DNA from: Epiperipatus broadwayi | Taxonomy: Eukaryota > Animalia > Onychophora | NCBI GenBank assembly: GCA_028023455.1 | Contig: JAQFVV010000003.1 | Location: forward strand, 19,096,001 to 19,160,000 | DNA length: 64,000 nucleotides | Reading direction: 5' to 3' | Shown here: in pieces, positions 26,901 to 39,760 of the stretch | Layout of the letters: the number at the start of each line of letters is the position of its first letter | How positions within the stretch are numbered: the first letter of the stretch is position 1 | Translations under genes and position numbers: made by a program | The notes under the pieces: model-generated | Database searches by the model: none | Seen by the model: the letters and a program-made list of their open reading frames with translations, nothing else | Told to the model about the DNA's origin: nothing

Positions 26901-27400
26901 AACTAAACATTCATATATGCTAATTCCACTCCATTATAGTTTGACTATCTCCGGTGGCTATATACACTAGCCACGATCCATTCTTGTCTTCCTAACTGTA
27001 TCTCAAATCACAAATGTTCTTGATATTTAACTGTATTTAAATATTTTTTTGACATAACACCTATATCATCGCCCCTTTTTTCTTTTTTATTTATACCCTG
27101 CCATACCAAGACTTTCAGAATGGGTTCTTCTTTTCTTAGATGTGTTTCCACTACTGCTAATACCTCAAGCTCTTCATTTTTCATTGCTTTGTTTAATTCC
27201 CACCACTTTTCTGGTCTCCTATCAACTTGCATATCTAAATACCCAATTTTAATAATTTCTTCTTTCCTAACTACTCTTTTATAAATTCTTGACTCTTTCT
27301 TCTCCATTACATTTATAAATAACTTGCTTACCATTAATTTTTCAGACCCATTCCCTCTTCACATCTACATTTATATCTAAATCAGCTACCCCCTAATTAT
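23905..27400 (-). mobile_element. Non-LTR retrotransposon (APE-RT-CCHC), near full-length ORF2
   Basis: APE fragments (LAVVETHL, a GDxNxH-like IIIGEMNGHI, NSDYN), the long RT ORF, and C-terminal LLFKARTGSL and CKLCKKGIENIRHILIEC. Confidence 0.9.
24682..26298 (-). CDS. LINE reverse transcriptase (538-codon open segment of ORF2)
   Basis: GKARGLDG, NYRPIAVTSVLYKVF, MQGGFRSDRR, FIDIEKVYD, GLRQGCPLSPILF, LLFADD, YNYLGI. Confidence 0.92.
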   Translation of the reverse strand: MGKVLRKKKLAKINNYGERMKLNSKLLEDINKSKRDESKKFWKYIKRRNVGERELVLLDDEGIECSSREELEIVLNKYVMDIEKMLDVKDRVIATMRAYSNGNIRFTENELNKASKKLKSGKARGLDGWAAEMVMNLGQKAKLKLLSCFNKMAQKRDFPGSWSNTRVRLLFKGKGKDHRKLNNYRPIAVTSVLYKVFSYIVAGRVAKWMEENNIVGEMQGGFRSDRRIGDSLFVVTQLMDMSRNTGRQLYMVFIDIEKVYDRVNRNRLWVSLVNLGMDGALVDIIKKLYENNYYMYQLGNIESVKVKNGVGLRQGCPLSPILFLLYLREMERAIERLGRGVEIPLIGGKGVYTLSGLLFADDVFLCAERREDMEVMLRTCTKVGKEMGIKFSEEKSKVMMINIGEREDKEFLLGDIKLSVVNRYNYLGIVLSNQRNCLDEWKKKLINETKKRKGLIKKLTVFLYNKYDVARIVWKGITIAGLTHGNDALCVSNRVLDYLEKVQREVGRHALDSEVWMAKEAIQGKMEWSSLYEMQKAK

Positions 27401-28144
27401 TACTTATATTCTATCCATTGTTCTTCTCTGATTGCAGTAATTATCTAGACATTGCTGTCTAGAGTCATTTGATTAAATCAATGCTTATATTATTTACTAT
27501 AAAAATATTTAAGAAAGAAAAGTAGTAGTGAGATTTGACAGTCTCCATTATACAATAAAGAATGTGCTATTGATCTATAAAATTGAAAAGATTCTGAAGA
27601 ATTTCTAGAAACAGTATCGATTTGAAGCTGCTAATATTAATTACGGGTAATATAGAGAAATATCTATAACAAAACTAAATAGTTGTGAGAATAATTTTAA
27701 TTTTTTTTCCCATTATATCGTATTTGTGAGATGTGTAATACACATTTGGAATATAAACAATTTTTGTATTGTTGTTTACAATATAAAGTAAGAGAAATAA
27801 ATTATACTGTGTGTGTGTTCACACAAATTATACATGCATTTTAAAAATGATTAAATTAATTATATATTTGTTTATTATTTGTATTCCAACCTTATGAATA
27901 ATCAGTATTCTCAGTTTGCATAAGGAGTGGTAAGGTTATTGCACTCTTCAAGGTCGATAAAAATAAACTTTTGACTGTTGATTTTTAAATGTTGGCATTT
28001 ATATTCATGTATAATTTTGTGTATATATAAATATATGTTTTGATAGAAACTAATTTGTGCATTTCAGTAATCAATAATGATGGTTACCCCATCCCTCTTG
28101 GAAAACTAAAAAGTATATGTAAATATATGTGCATGCATACAGGC

Positions 28145-28220
28145 TATAAGATCGTGTAGTCTAATGATAGTGCATGCATCTGTCTTGACTGATCTGAGTT
28201 TGAATCTGGGCTGGGTAAAC
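28145..28220 (+). mobile_element. Possible tRNA-derived SINE head
   Basis: A-box-like tagtctaatgatag and B-box-like gagtttgaatct at tRNA-like spacing. Too degenerate to be a tRNA gene. Confidence 0.35.
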
Positions 28221-30869
28221 TTGAAAGCTTTTTCAAAGGATTTTTTTTTTCAGCTAGCTTGTACATAACAATCCAACTAATAATTCAATGTTGGTGGGAA
28301 ATGGCTTTCAAACTTTTGTTTGCTAAAAAGCAAAATAAGACAGAAAAATGCTCAAATCCTCAACTACTTGACAATTACATTATTTACTGTTTCTGTGTAT
28401 AAGGAGGTGGGGGACTAATGGACAGATATTTGCCCTGCGTTAAGTTATTAAAAATAAATAATTGAATGGTTTTATTGCTTGGACTTCATAAGAAGTTTAA
28501 GCCCTGAAATTGATAGATCTGGGTGCAACATGGGCCTTAAGCTCCAGTGTCTGCCACTTGATTATATCAAACCATGCAAGGCAATGTGCTAACTTTATCT
28601 CACATATAGGTTGGCATTTTGAATGCAATTCTTGCTGAAGAGACTGCTTAATGCATTGTGAAACTATAATTCAACTTTTTATGATGTGTTGCTAATTTTG
28701 TCACCTTTATTTATTTAACCTCAATAAATTTATTATGGAATCATGTAAGCCTATTTATTATCTTGATGGAGTAAGTCAGAATGACTGCAATTCATTAATT
28801 CCATGAAAAATATGTGTTCGAAAGTTATATTAAATGATTGCAATTAAGAAATGTTATGTCATACTAAAGTAGCAACATGACAACAGTACCTCTTTTTTAA
28901 GATTTTTTTTTATAATGTGGAATCAATTCTGAATTCTACCACTCAACACTGGATCAATTATTTAGGTCATTGCATTTATGTTGACATTTAAAAATTTGAA
29001 TCGATTCTGCTTTCATATTTTATTGACAATTTATGGCAACATATTATTTAAAATTGTTAAAATTGACAAGGACTTCATAATCACATTGAAAATAAATTAT
29101 GGAAAGATCCTTATATGTTATCTCTTTCAGTTTTGGAGATTGTCTTATATTGTAATAATTTTTTTTTTTTTTAAATCACTGCTTATTAACATTCAAATAA
29201 TCAGGTTGTTTTTGGCTTAGCATCTTTCCAACTAAGAATAATTAAATATTTATTTTCCAATTAATATTGATTTTTTAAAAGCTAGAGGTTGATTGTAGGT
29301 CATTTGTGTTAAAAAAAAATAAAATCAATTTTGTCTGATCTGAAACCCAGTTTGACAATTTAATATAATAAAAAGCAAATTATGTGATTCTGTATGTATA
29401 GGTATGTACAGTTAATTATAATTGCTGAATAAAAAGTTCTGCACCATTATGTAAATGATTTATTTAAACTAAGATTATCAAGAAAGCTCACAGATTCATA
29501 AAGTTTGCTATTATTGAAGAGTTGATTAAAAACTACAATCTATTTTATTTATATTTCATGAGAATCCTGATTCCATTAAAAATTCATGGAGTTTCATTAA
29601 TTTTTTTATATTAATTTCTACTTACTAAACTAGTTACATTTGTGCTCTGTCTCATGTAAGAACGGTATTAAAATTATTAGGAAAAAAAATTGATGTGGTA
29701 CTTTATTTATGTGCAGTAGAGCCATGATTTCCGTTATATGATATCCAAAAGAAAAATATAAATGAACAAACAAAAAAAAAATTGACAAATTTTACAATAT
29801 CCTATAGCCATTTTTACCTCTTGAATTGCCATATAGGATTATATATATTGAGACAGTTATGCATCCCATGGCATATAACAAGTGTGTGTAATGTATATAT
29901 TATACTACAAATCGTCACTGTTTGCAAAATTCCGAATATTACTTATATTATGGTGACTAGTATAAGAGCATCACTAAGTATATAGCCTAGCACTAGATTG
30001 AGAAGATTTTCCACAATTGTGGTTTTAATTTATTTACGTATTATGGTCACATAATAAATTTTAAGGTGTAATCTTATGCGGACTCTACTAATTATATTTT
30101 ATGTTCTTACCAGAGGACACAGTAAAGACAAAGGCTCTTATGTATGGCTTTAAATATTTATTATACTCATTTTCAATATTAACTGCATTCCCAATTTCCT
30201 TTTATAGCACTCCAAATTGACTCAATCTAATTTTAAGGCAAAATACCAGCATAAATTTAACCCACTCATTATCATTTTAATACAGTCTGATAATTTAATG
30301 TCATACCTTTTTTCTGAGGGAACATATGCTTTATAAATCCTACAAATAACAACACTCCAAGTTTGTTCTGGAGACCCTATTCAAATAAGTAAATTTAAGG
30401 CGACTTACTAATAAGAATGGGCAGTATTGTGTACCACTCAAACCCTCTACATTACATGTTAAATAATTTTATTCTATCCTTAATTGATGGGTAAATTTTT
30501 ATTATTTACTTATAATCATCGAGCATACCTTTACATACTTTTGATTCTGGCTTGTTTCCAATGTTTGCTTATGGGTGGAATTCTTAACTGATCTTTACCT
30601 CCACCTCTGTTTTGTCTTTCATGATCAAGCAATTAATATTTTGAGACCCTAAACTGCATAAACATTGAATATAATAAAAATGAATTAAAATTATACATAA
30701 TTTTAATGAATAAACTAAGTAAGATAACATCATACCCTCTTTTGTAATTTAATCAAAATAAAATGATTAATCCCTATTAAAAATCCCATACTCTATTGAA
30801 ACTTTAATATACAACTGACCCAGTTAATGGAGTCTTGCTATTATGCTAATAGAATAAAAGTTCTTCTTA

Positions 30870-31560
30870 GCAACAGTTCATATTTACCCTGGTCTTCAGC
30901 TGTTTAAACTTTCACCAAGAGGGTACTATCCATATACGGATCTTAGTCCATAATTGCTGGTATGAATTCTCTGGTTTCTGAACATATCCTTAACTAGCTA
31001 GGCGGTTTCATCAGTTTTGTAGTTGGAAATCATTGGTGTGGCTGGGAGATGGTTTTCCTCAAGAGGGAAGTCCTTGATGTTCTCTAGCTGGAGAATATTT
31101 TCATAGTGATATATACATTTTTAAAGAAAAGTTCTGAATTATTTTTAAAAAAAAAACTACGCAATTTTTGTTTTTCAGCAAACACGATTCATACTCGGCA
31201 ATTTATTTTTAACTACATTTGGTCACTTACAATTTCTGTCCTTTTATTCTTGCTGCATTTTTAATTAACTAAAAAGTTATTGATCAATTACCACAATAAA
31301 TAGACTAGCAATATTTTTAATTACAAATACTTTTTGTATATTGAGTTTCAACAATAGAATTAATTGCAAATCTCTAAATTTTTCCTCCAACCCACGTTTT
31401 TCCAAGAAATACAAAAAAAAAGCTTTTAAGGAAAAACTTATATCTCAAGATCTAATTAATTTAAATAAATTAAAAGACAAATCTACTGAAAAAAATCATG
31501 ATTTCTTCGAGATAAAAAAAACTTTAAACTGATTTAAAAGATAATATATTATTTTAAAAT
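30870..31560. repeat. Dispersed repeat, paralogue of 62150-62720
   Basis: Shared colinear blocks: ctagct.g..gg.ttcat, attttcatag, tttcaacaataga, ccaacccac.ttttc.caaga, aagctttta. Confidence 0.65.
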
Positions 31561-32744
31561 ATTTTTGTATCTTAAGTTTTAATTAATTCAAATCCACTGA
31601 AGAAATCCTGATTTTTTTTCGACATAAAAAAAACCTTCAAACTGATTTAAGAGAATATATTATTTTAAAATATTTTTATAACTGCGGACAATTTTATTAA
31701 ATAAAATATAAATATATATGAGAAGGCAGAAAATACCATCTCATTATAAAAAGTTGAAAGGAAAAATAGAAATAAAAAGTCAAAAATTTTGTCAATAGTT
31801 TCTAATTTAGATTGGAATAACAGTTAAGAAATAAATAATTTTGAATTAAAAAATTTTTATGTTATAAATTACACATTTAGAAAGGTCTAATTAATATTTT
31901 ATTGATTCTGATTTTCAAATTAAACATGTTACAATAGATATAGTGGTAAATATAAAATTCCACTATTTTGATTAGATTAAATTCTTTTTTAATTAAACCA
32001 TGTTTCATATTTAGATAAAGGTCCTACAGGGTTGTTTTTGTAAGGATTAAGTTAAATTGAAAAAGGTCATTAACTTTTTTCAATCAAGATGGGGAAAACT
32101 TATTTTCCAGCCTGACTATAAAAAAGCGGAAAAAAGATTAGGGGAGTTATTAAAGTTTTATAGATTGTGTTAGCAGAATTATTAAGAAGTTATAACTGAA
32201 GGCAAGACATTGTATCATGCTGCTGCTACTAATGTAACAATGGTAGAGTTTGGATTTACATGGAAGCAAGCCCAGCTTTTCTGTGTTCTCATAGCCTGTA
32301 TATATGTGTGTATTAGACAGCATAGAGACCAAAGGGAGCTCACTGCAAGGCAACAGTTGCCTGGATTATGCTTTTCCTGATGATGATAAGCCATTCCACT
32401 GGTTAGAAGGGACCAGCTTTCTCAGAAAGTCCATCAGCTTGCTGATGAATTAATTTATATGGATACTATTTTATCTATATGCAGAGGGGCACAGATAGGG
32501 TTACTGCTTTACAATTATTTTCTAGTATGGGATGTTGATCATGTGATGTTTAGTGGTTTAACACCAATCCTGCCTAATAGGATAATGGTGGCTATGGTTG
32601 TTTAAGAGCCAAAGACACCATAATGTATGGATGCTGAATTGAGTTCAGACCCATATGACTGTATAAGCTATTGAGTTTAGATTGTAAATATTTTTGTGTT
32701 TTCAATTTCATTCTCATATTTTTGTAGTAAAGTAGAGTTAAAAA

Positions 32745-32955
32745 GTGGCTGCTGGAGGGTTGCATTAGATCCTAAGATCTAAGTGCAGTGCTCTCAGATC
32801 CAAGGCTCCTCACTGATGATGGCCACAAGCCAGAAACTAGTCGGGATATTGGATGAGTAGGCACTAGATAGGGATTTTATGCACAAGCCTTCTGGCATCT
32901 ATTGATTACTCTAGTTAGCACAGGGTGGCACTACTGTATGGAGAGTTGCCTTTGT
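32745..32955 (+). mobile_element. Dispersed repeat family B copy (HHR-bearing)
   Basis: Homologous to 1190-1400 and contains the best-preserved family B hammerhead. Confidence 0.8.
32807..32846 (+). ncRNA. Minimal type I hammerhead ribozyme (family B)
   Basis: tcctca-CTGATGA-TGGC-cacaa-GCCA-GAAAC-TA-GTC-ggga. The core, stem II and the palindromic CUAG stem III are intact, with a GUC cleavage triplet. Stem I lacks one U relative to the 1254 copy. Confidence 0.75.
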
Positions 32956-33889
32956 TTGTAAAGTACAGCTGGTGAGTTATTTTAAACAATTTCCTCAGTG
33001 AAAATGACAGTTGTAATTTTTTAAATTACAAAAAAAAATTTTTTCAGTATATGACTTTATTTAATAAAAAGTGAGATGCATTTGCAGTATATTAAAAAAA
33101 AGTTAACAAAATGTTTCTAGATTGGAAAACAAAAGATTTGCTGGAATATTTTTTTAAAGAGACGTTTATAATTAGTCAAGAGTAACCGGTTAAAAAAAAA
33201 GTAAGAAATCTTCTATGAAGGACTGTCAAAAAATTATCTTTTTTTTTTTCATCATTAGATAATGAATTAATGATATCGATTCATTCTATTATTTTTATGT
33301 ATACACACATCATACATGTGCATTTAGGTAAAAAGTATTTTTTATTAAGTATTATTTTGACAAATTAAAAGATCATATGATATCAATGTTACTTTGTGTA
33401 CACATGTCCATGGATGCACACATATGTGAAAATAGTCATTACTTATGCATCATTGAAATTTGACGACTTATTTTTTATTATTATTATATGACTTCCCATA
33501 TGTTATGGCACATCTGTCTGATCATATAGATGAGTGTCAGATAGACATATATATGTTAAAATTAATCATACTTTTTAATTGTTATATGACAATTCAGATA
33601 TGTTCCATAAATTATTATATTGCATACCTGTATGCTTATATATGTGTGTTTTATGTAAACTACTGAAACCTATTGTAAATTATAATGTAATGGTGGATTT
33701 CTTTTTGGTATTAATCAAAATCAGAAGGCTTAATTTATATGTATAGCCATATTCTGCAGATCTTCATTTTTATTGATATTAATAAATTGATATTTCATTG
33801 TTAAAGATATTCCAGTGAATTTATTCAATCCTAAATAGTTTTAGAATATTATAGGTTGTATTATATCTCTTTTTCACAGTAACAGTTAT

Positions 33890-35050
33890 AGAGCTCCATG
33901 CACTACATTTTATTTAGTTTAGTATTTATTAGAAATTAAGTTTATAATTGGCCAGTGCATTAATGGTAACTAAGTGTCCAGAGGATTGATGATGATCACT
34001 ATGTTTTACTATCACAGCATTATTTTTTTAATTATGATATTCTTATGGATTAGCACTTAAGTCTGCATCCAAATTATTATTTAAATAATTGGTACTAGTA
34101 TCATTGACAGTACAGGGAGCTGTTGCTACACAAAAACAGTTAAATATAATGTTATCGGGCCATTATCTTTTAATAACAAACTTACCTTTTTTAATAACTA
34201 AATAGTAAAAAATAGTAAATGTCTTTTTTCTTAATTAAGATAAATAATCCAACAAGTATAAGCATTAATTTGAAAAAAAAAATTTATTTACAAAAACTAA
34301 CAATCACCATCTACTTCTTAATTAAGATAAATACCTAATCCAACAAGTATAAACATTAATTTGAAGAAATTTTTTTATTTACAAAAACTAACAATCGTTG
34401 TTTACTTGCCAGCTTTTTTTAAAATATAATTTACCAATTTAGGCATTTCTGTTAGAATTTTTTTTTTTTTTTAACATATTATTTAGAATACAACAAAAAA
34501 CAATATCAGTAGTAAGGCTGTTTGCTTCTTTTATCGCAAGTCACTTTAGGCATTTCTGGTAGTATACGCATTAATTTGAAATTTTTTTATAGATGAAAAT
34601 TAAAACAATATTAGTAGTAAGGCTGTTTGCTTCTCCGATCATTTGGAGAGTAAGAACTGTTCGCATTATCCAAGTGTGAATTGCAAGAAATTAGCATATC
34701 ACACTACAGCCTCGTAAACTGTATATTTAACTGTTTGTGAATAGCAACAGCGCCCTGTACCGTCGATGATACTAGTATCAAATAATTTGCCCCAAGCTGG
34801 CAAGAGCTAAAAGCCTGGTCTATAATAGACCCATTTCAAGTTAGTCACAAGATTGATTGTTGGTTTTTTTTTGTTGTTGTTGATCATTCATGATGATGAA
34901 TGATTATTACTTTTGGGTAGTGCTGGTGAACTTATAGTTAAGATCTGTGCTGATCTCTCATGCTCATTATATTTATAAATTGAAATTTAGAATAGTCCAT
35001 TAACTGGGGATGATGATGAGTGCAATCACCCCAGGTTCACCCGTTTTACT
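33890..35050. repeat. Dispersed repeat (paralogue of 45745-46210) interrupted by a MITE; lies upstream of a PLE ORF
   Basis: 33890-34090 plus 34788-35050 are colinear with the uninterrupted 45745-46210. Confidence 0.75.
34091..34779. mobile_element. Non-autonomous DNA transposon (MITE), ~58-bp TIRs, 8-bp TSD AAATAATT
   Basis: ggtactagtatcattgacagtacagggagctgttgc... versus ...gcaacagcgccctgtaccgtcgatgatactagtatc. AAATAATT at 34083-34090 and 34780-34787. An empty site is visible in the paralogue near 45932. Internal ~90-105-bp tandem subrepeats. Confidence 0.88.
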
Positions 35051-35779
35051 CCGTCCCTTTACTATATTAATAAATATTATCAGCTTATGTTGAAAGCACA
35101 TACGGTTTATTATTCTTTTCAAATTTGATGTGCAGTATATTGCATAATAAAATATTTTCTGAGCATAGTGGTAAAAGTTTTATAAAATTTTAATTCAAAA
35201 GTTGATACCGATTAACAAAAAAATTAGAAAAATCCTAATATATTGATACTAAGATCACTATCATGGTTCTATAGAGAAAAAGTTATTAATAAAAAGGATT
35301 ATCACCCAAAGTTCATTTAATGGTGACAAAAATCAGACATATCACTATTTACTTTATTTTAAAAATAAAAATATAGCAGTTAGTTTGGCTAATTTGGTTG
35401 AGTTATGAACTTGAGGAAATTTTGATTATTGTATTGACTAGTTTAGCTTTAGGCTTTTAATGTTTACATTTTGATGAGATTCTTTGCATTTAAGGAAAAG
35501 TTGATATAGTATAAAGGTTTTTGTTTTATATATATTTCTATTTATTTATATATGTTTGTTTTGTTGCACGAGTGTTATGTTTGTAATATTTATTTGTTAT
35601 AATGTTGTGGTATTCAAGAAAATTATAATAAAAAAAAAAAATTTTAAAAAATAAAATTAAAGAAAATAAAATTGTGTATGTTTTGGTGTGTGTGTGTGTG
35701 GAGGGGGGGGGTTGTTTGTTTGTTAATTTAAATGCATATATGGCTTTGTGGGGTTTAGTTTTTAATAATTTTTTATTGA

Positions 35780-36560
35780 ATGATATTAGGAGGATTAAAA
35801 ACTTACCTAGGTTAAGTGATAGGATAAAATCTTTAAGATGCCAGATTTATTTTCTTAAAAAATGTAGGGAATTTAATGTTTTTCCTAGGAGTTGTATTAT
35901 TAATTTTAAGAAGAATAGAAAATTGTGTAAGAATCAGAATTTAGTTTTGAATTTACAAATGTATATTTTGATTAGTTTTTTGAAAGAAAAAATTATTAAG
36001 TTTTTTAAATTTATTTAGGAATATAAAAGGAATATATATTATTTAGATAAGAGGCAAGATTTTAATTATTCAATTTTAAATTTTTTCATAAGGTAATTTA
36101 GAATAAATAGATCAAATTTCTATTGTAAGAAGTAAGTTTATTGTAACAGTGTTAGGGTAGTTGAGAATAATGTTTCTATTAATAAAGTTGTTAATCTTCC
36201 TGATATTAAGTTAAATGATAGAGAATTAGAAATTCTTGGTAAAGATCCTAATTTTATTCCTTTTCATTAAAAAAATATAGTTTTTGATACAATTTCATCT
36301 ATTGAATCTAGTAATTTGAGTGATGAGCAAAAAGTTGACATTCAATTGGTTTTAAATAAAACTTGGAAAGAAAAATTTATTGTTAATCCTGCTGAGGTTA
36401 GACATCTTAAGAATAGATTGATTGTTAATGGTGTGATCATTTCTTGTGAAGACAAAGCTGGCCTGTTGGTCATTATGAAAGGAAATGAGTTTAGGGAGAA
36501 AATAGATAAATAATTAAATAATGGTAAATATATGTTTTTGGAAAAAGTTCCTGATAATGA
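35780..36560 (+). pseudogene. Degenerate Penelope-like element ORF, N-terminal part
   Basis: RIKSLRCQIYFLKKCREFNVFP, VVNLPDIKLNDRELEILGKDPNFIP and IISCEDKAGLLVIMKGNEFREKIDK match the PLE VxNLS..L..GxNF and ADKG..V....Y..K motifs. Confidence 0.7.
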
Positions 36561-39479
36561 GAAAACATTCTTTCAATAAAATATATATTAATGTGTCAAC
36601 TCAATTTATTATTGATAACTATCATTTTTAAAAATATTTTTTATACTATAATTTTGATTTATATATGTGTGCATTGAAGAGTACTGTATGCTTGCAGTTC
36701 AGTAAACAGTACATATCCGATTCTAATCAATGTCTAATAAAACATGAGCTATCATAATGTGAGGGAGGTTGGAAAAAATATATAGCATAGTTTGTTGCCC
36801 CACTAGGAATGGAGAAAATGAATAATAACCCAGATTTCATAAATGATTATCAACAAGAATAATTTGATGAATATATGCTTAAATATATGATTTTATAATT
36901 CAAAATTCTTTTCACATATATATATAATTTTAATACCACAAGTAATTATATATGTTTAAGAAGTCATAGTTAATATTTATTATAATGACTAGATACAATT
37001 ACAGTTTTTTATTTTAATTAAATACCTTAGTAATATGTTTAAATATGAAATATACTGTGTTTTAGCTGATTTAGTCAGAAGAAAATGTTTGCTTTGTAAT
37101 TTATTACCTACGAAAAATTAAAACAATTTTAATTCAGAGTAAACCGTCAATTACATTTTCCCCCCCACAATAAAACATTTTTTTAAGAGCATAAGTAAAA
37201 TTCTAGGCATAAAAAAAATTAAAAATAAGTATATTAGCAATGAAAATGTATATATATTTTTTAGAAAATTATAAGATTATTTTGTATATATTTTAATATG
37301 TTATTCATAATTAGAATTTAAGAAAATTTAATTAATGGAACATTTTCAGTAATGAGATTACTGTTATTATACAGTAATAGTGTTTGTATGTTATTCCAAA
37401 TTAAAAAAAAAAAAAAATGAATGGGGAAAAATGCTGCATCAGGATTATTATTTATTTGTTACTGATATATCATAATAAAATGGAGATTGGGAAAAATATG
37501 TATTTCTTGATGTAATTTTAGGATCAAAAAAGCAAGCAAAAAAATGATATGTATGAAATAGTGGATTAAAAGTTAACTGCAATTAATAATTTGTGATGTA
37601 TTAAATTATGTTTTTTGGGCATTTAAATAATTAATTGAATGTATTTATTAGGCATTAGTCTTTTATATATATTTGTAAAACCAAAATCTAGAATAATTTT
37701 ATTTTACAAATCTGGTTAAAACACCTGTAGAGGTCCCTACTATCGCATTTTATATGCATATTATCGAGGTTATAGCCTCAGTAAATATTACTTACATAAT
37801 CAATGTGCGTTTAATAAATTTATAATTACAAATCTATAAAAAGCAGATTGAAGAAATTGAAATGATTTAAGAGATCATGATTAGTCATACAAAACTGTCA
37901 TTATACTACTAATAAATAGTTTTGAGTCTAGTTTGTAAAAACAAGTGTTTATCTGTGTAACACAAGTAATCTGTATTACAATGAAGTGTTTTAATTGATC
38001 AATATAATTAACATCATTAGTTTGACTAACTAATAAAATGTATATTAAACAATCCTTTGGAAAAATGCTGTTTTTAAGCAAAGAAAATATAAAATATACT
38101 CAGTCGGAAATAAAAACAAAACAGGTGAATATTTAAAATACTACATTTAATGCTTAAATTTTAATCTGTTATTTAAGTGTATTGCAAAATATGGCATTAA
38201 GCTTTATATTTAATTAAAATGAACTGGTATATGTTTAAAATTTTTACATCTTAATATGAGTTTGGAAAGAAAATGGAAAAAAAAAAAGAAGTATGTTTAT
38301 TTATATGGAATGTTAGTATAGAAAATGAAAGATGATTAACCAGAACAATGGATAAATATTTAAATAATTTAACTTTTAACTTATAGATAAAGGAATCATA
38401 ACATTATTTAAAGGTATATGTTTAACTAATGTTTTGAGTCATTGAAATTTTTTTAATTATTTTTAAACTGTTCAAAAATAAAACCTATGGTTAAATAAAG
38501 CATTAATGAATCTAATGATTTGAGTCGGTGAAATTTTTAAAATTATTTTTAAACTGATAAAAAATGAAACTGTGTCACTTTTGAGATAAAAGGGGTATAT
38601 AAAATGTCATCATTTACAGATATAAGAAAAATTTTAATATGAATTTGATCAAAGGTAAAAAAAAATATTTAAAGGACTTAATGTTTTAGTTTCAATGAAA
38701 GAATTAATTATAAATGAAGAATAACCATACTATTTGGCTGTTTGTTATTGATTATTTAGACCGTTTGTTTTGAACTTGTAAAGACTTGATTTGAAAATCG
38801 AGAATTGTAATATTTTACATTCTTTTTTGCTTTTATATTGTTGATTGTGCATTTGTAAAAGAATTCTACAAGCTTAATTTTACATATGCTGTGTAAGAAT
38901 CTTAACAAATGCTTATATGTGATATTTACGTCTCTCATACACTGTTTATCAGACTGTACATTCATATTTCTTATCTAAAATGGGGTGGGGGTGTCACCCA
39001 CCTCTTATTTCAAAGAACAATTTTTTATTAAATACACAAATGACATTCATTCATTTGTATTGGGTTAGAAATTATTACATTTTTTAAAAATTTATTAACT
39101 ATGAAATATATCTTTAGTTTTTATAAACTTGCATAATGATTTTATTGTTTTCTCTTATCACACATTGCTTACAGTCTTAAAAAGAATATTTGAAGTATAA
39201 AATTTATTGAAAAATACAGTGTTCATAAATTATATCTATTTAATTTAACATGAATAAATAAATATATAACTGGTCGTGTGCCTATTAGTGAGGATTGAGA
39301 AGGCATCATCCCGCTCCCCTCTTTCCCCCTTTACTTATAATAATATATATATATAGAAGAAAAATGTAATAATGAAAATAATTTTTAGAAATCTAGGATT
39401 AAATGTTACTATAATTAGATTAGAATGAGCAATTTTGCAATTTCATGGAATATATACATATTGAAAAAAATTAAGAGAA

Positions 39480-39760
39480 TGAAATAATGTTGCTAAAAAA
39501 GTTGACAATAGATGAATAACTTTTAAATTACACATAGCTCAATGTATATATAAACTAAGAGAGTAAATCACTCTCCCCCAAGCTATGACTTAAAAGCACT
39601 CAAAATGTTGAACAGACAATCAACAATAGATGGATAACTAATATTTTAGATTAAATGCAAAAAAAATGTAAGAGATCTAGAAAGAAACCATATGAGATAG
39701 ATGGATAAGGAAGTTTACTCAAGCTGCTGTGGAGTGCAAATGATTGATAAGCATGATCAT
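39480..39760 (+). mobile_element. RTE-type LINE 3' fragment
   Basis: aatagatggataactaatattttagat...aagagatctagaaagaaacca..agatagatgg resembles the NRWxxxILDW..KRxRGRPxxRW tail. Confidence 0.5.

Noticed and set aside
28145-28220. tRNA gene
   Set aside because: No complete cloverleaf, only degenerate A/B boxes.
30985-31020. Minus-strand ctgatgaaaccgcctagctagtt as a hammerhead
   Set aside because: No GAAA directly after a stem II and no stems I or III. The paralogue near 62200 does not restore them.
34690-34790. CpG-rich stretch with a CTCF-like agggcgctg as a promoter or insulator
   Set aside because: It is the right TIR of the 34091-34779 MITE, with a decayed mirror copy at 34091-34148.
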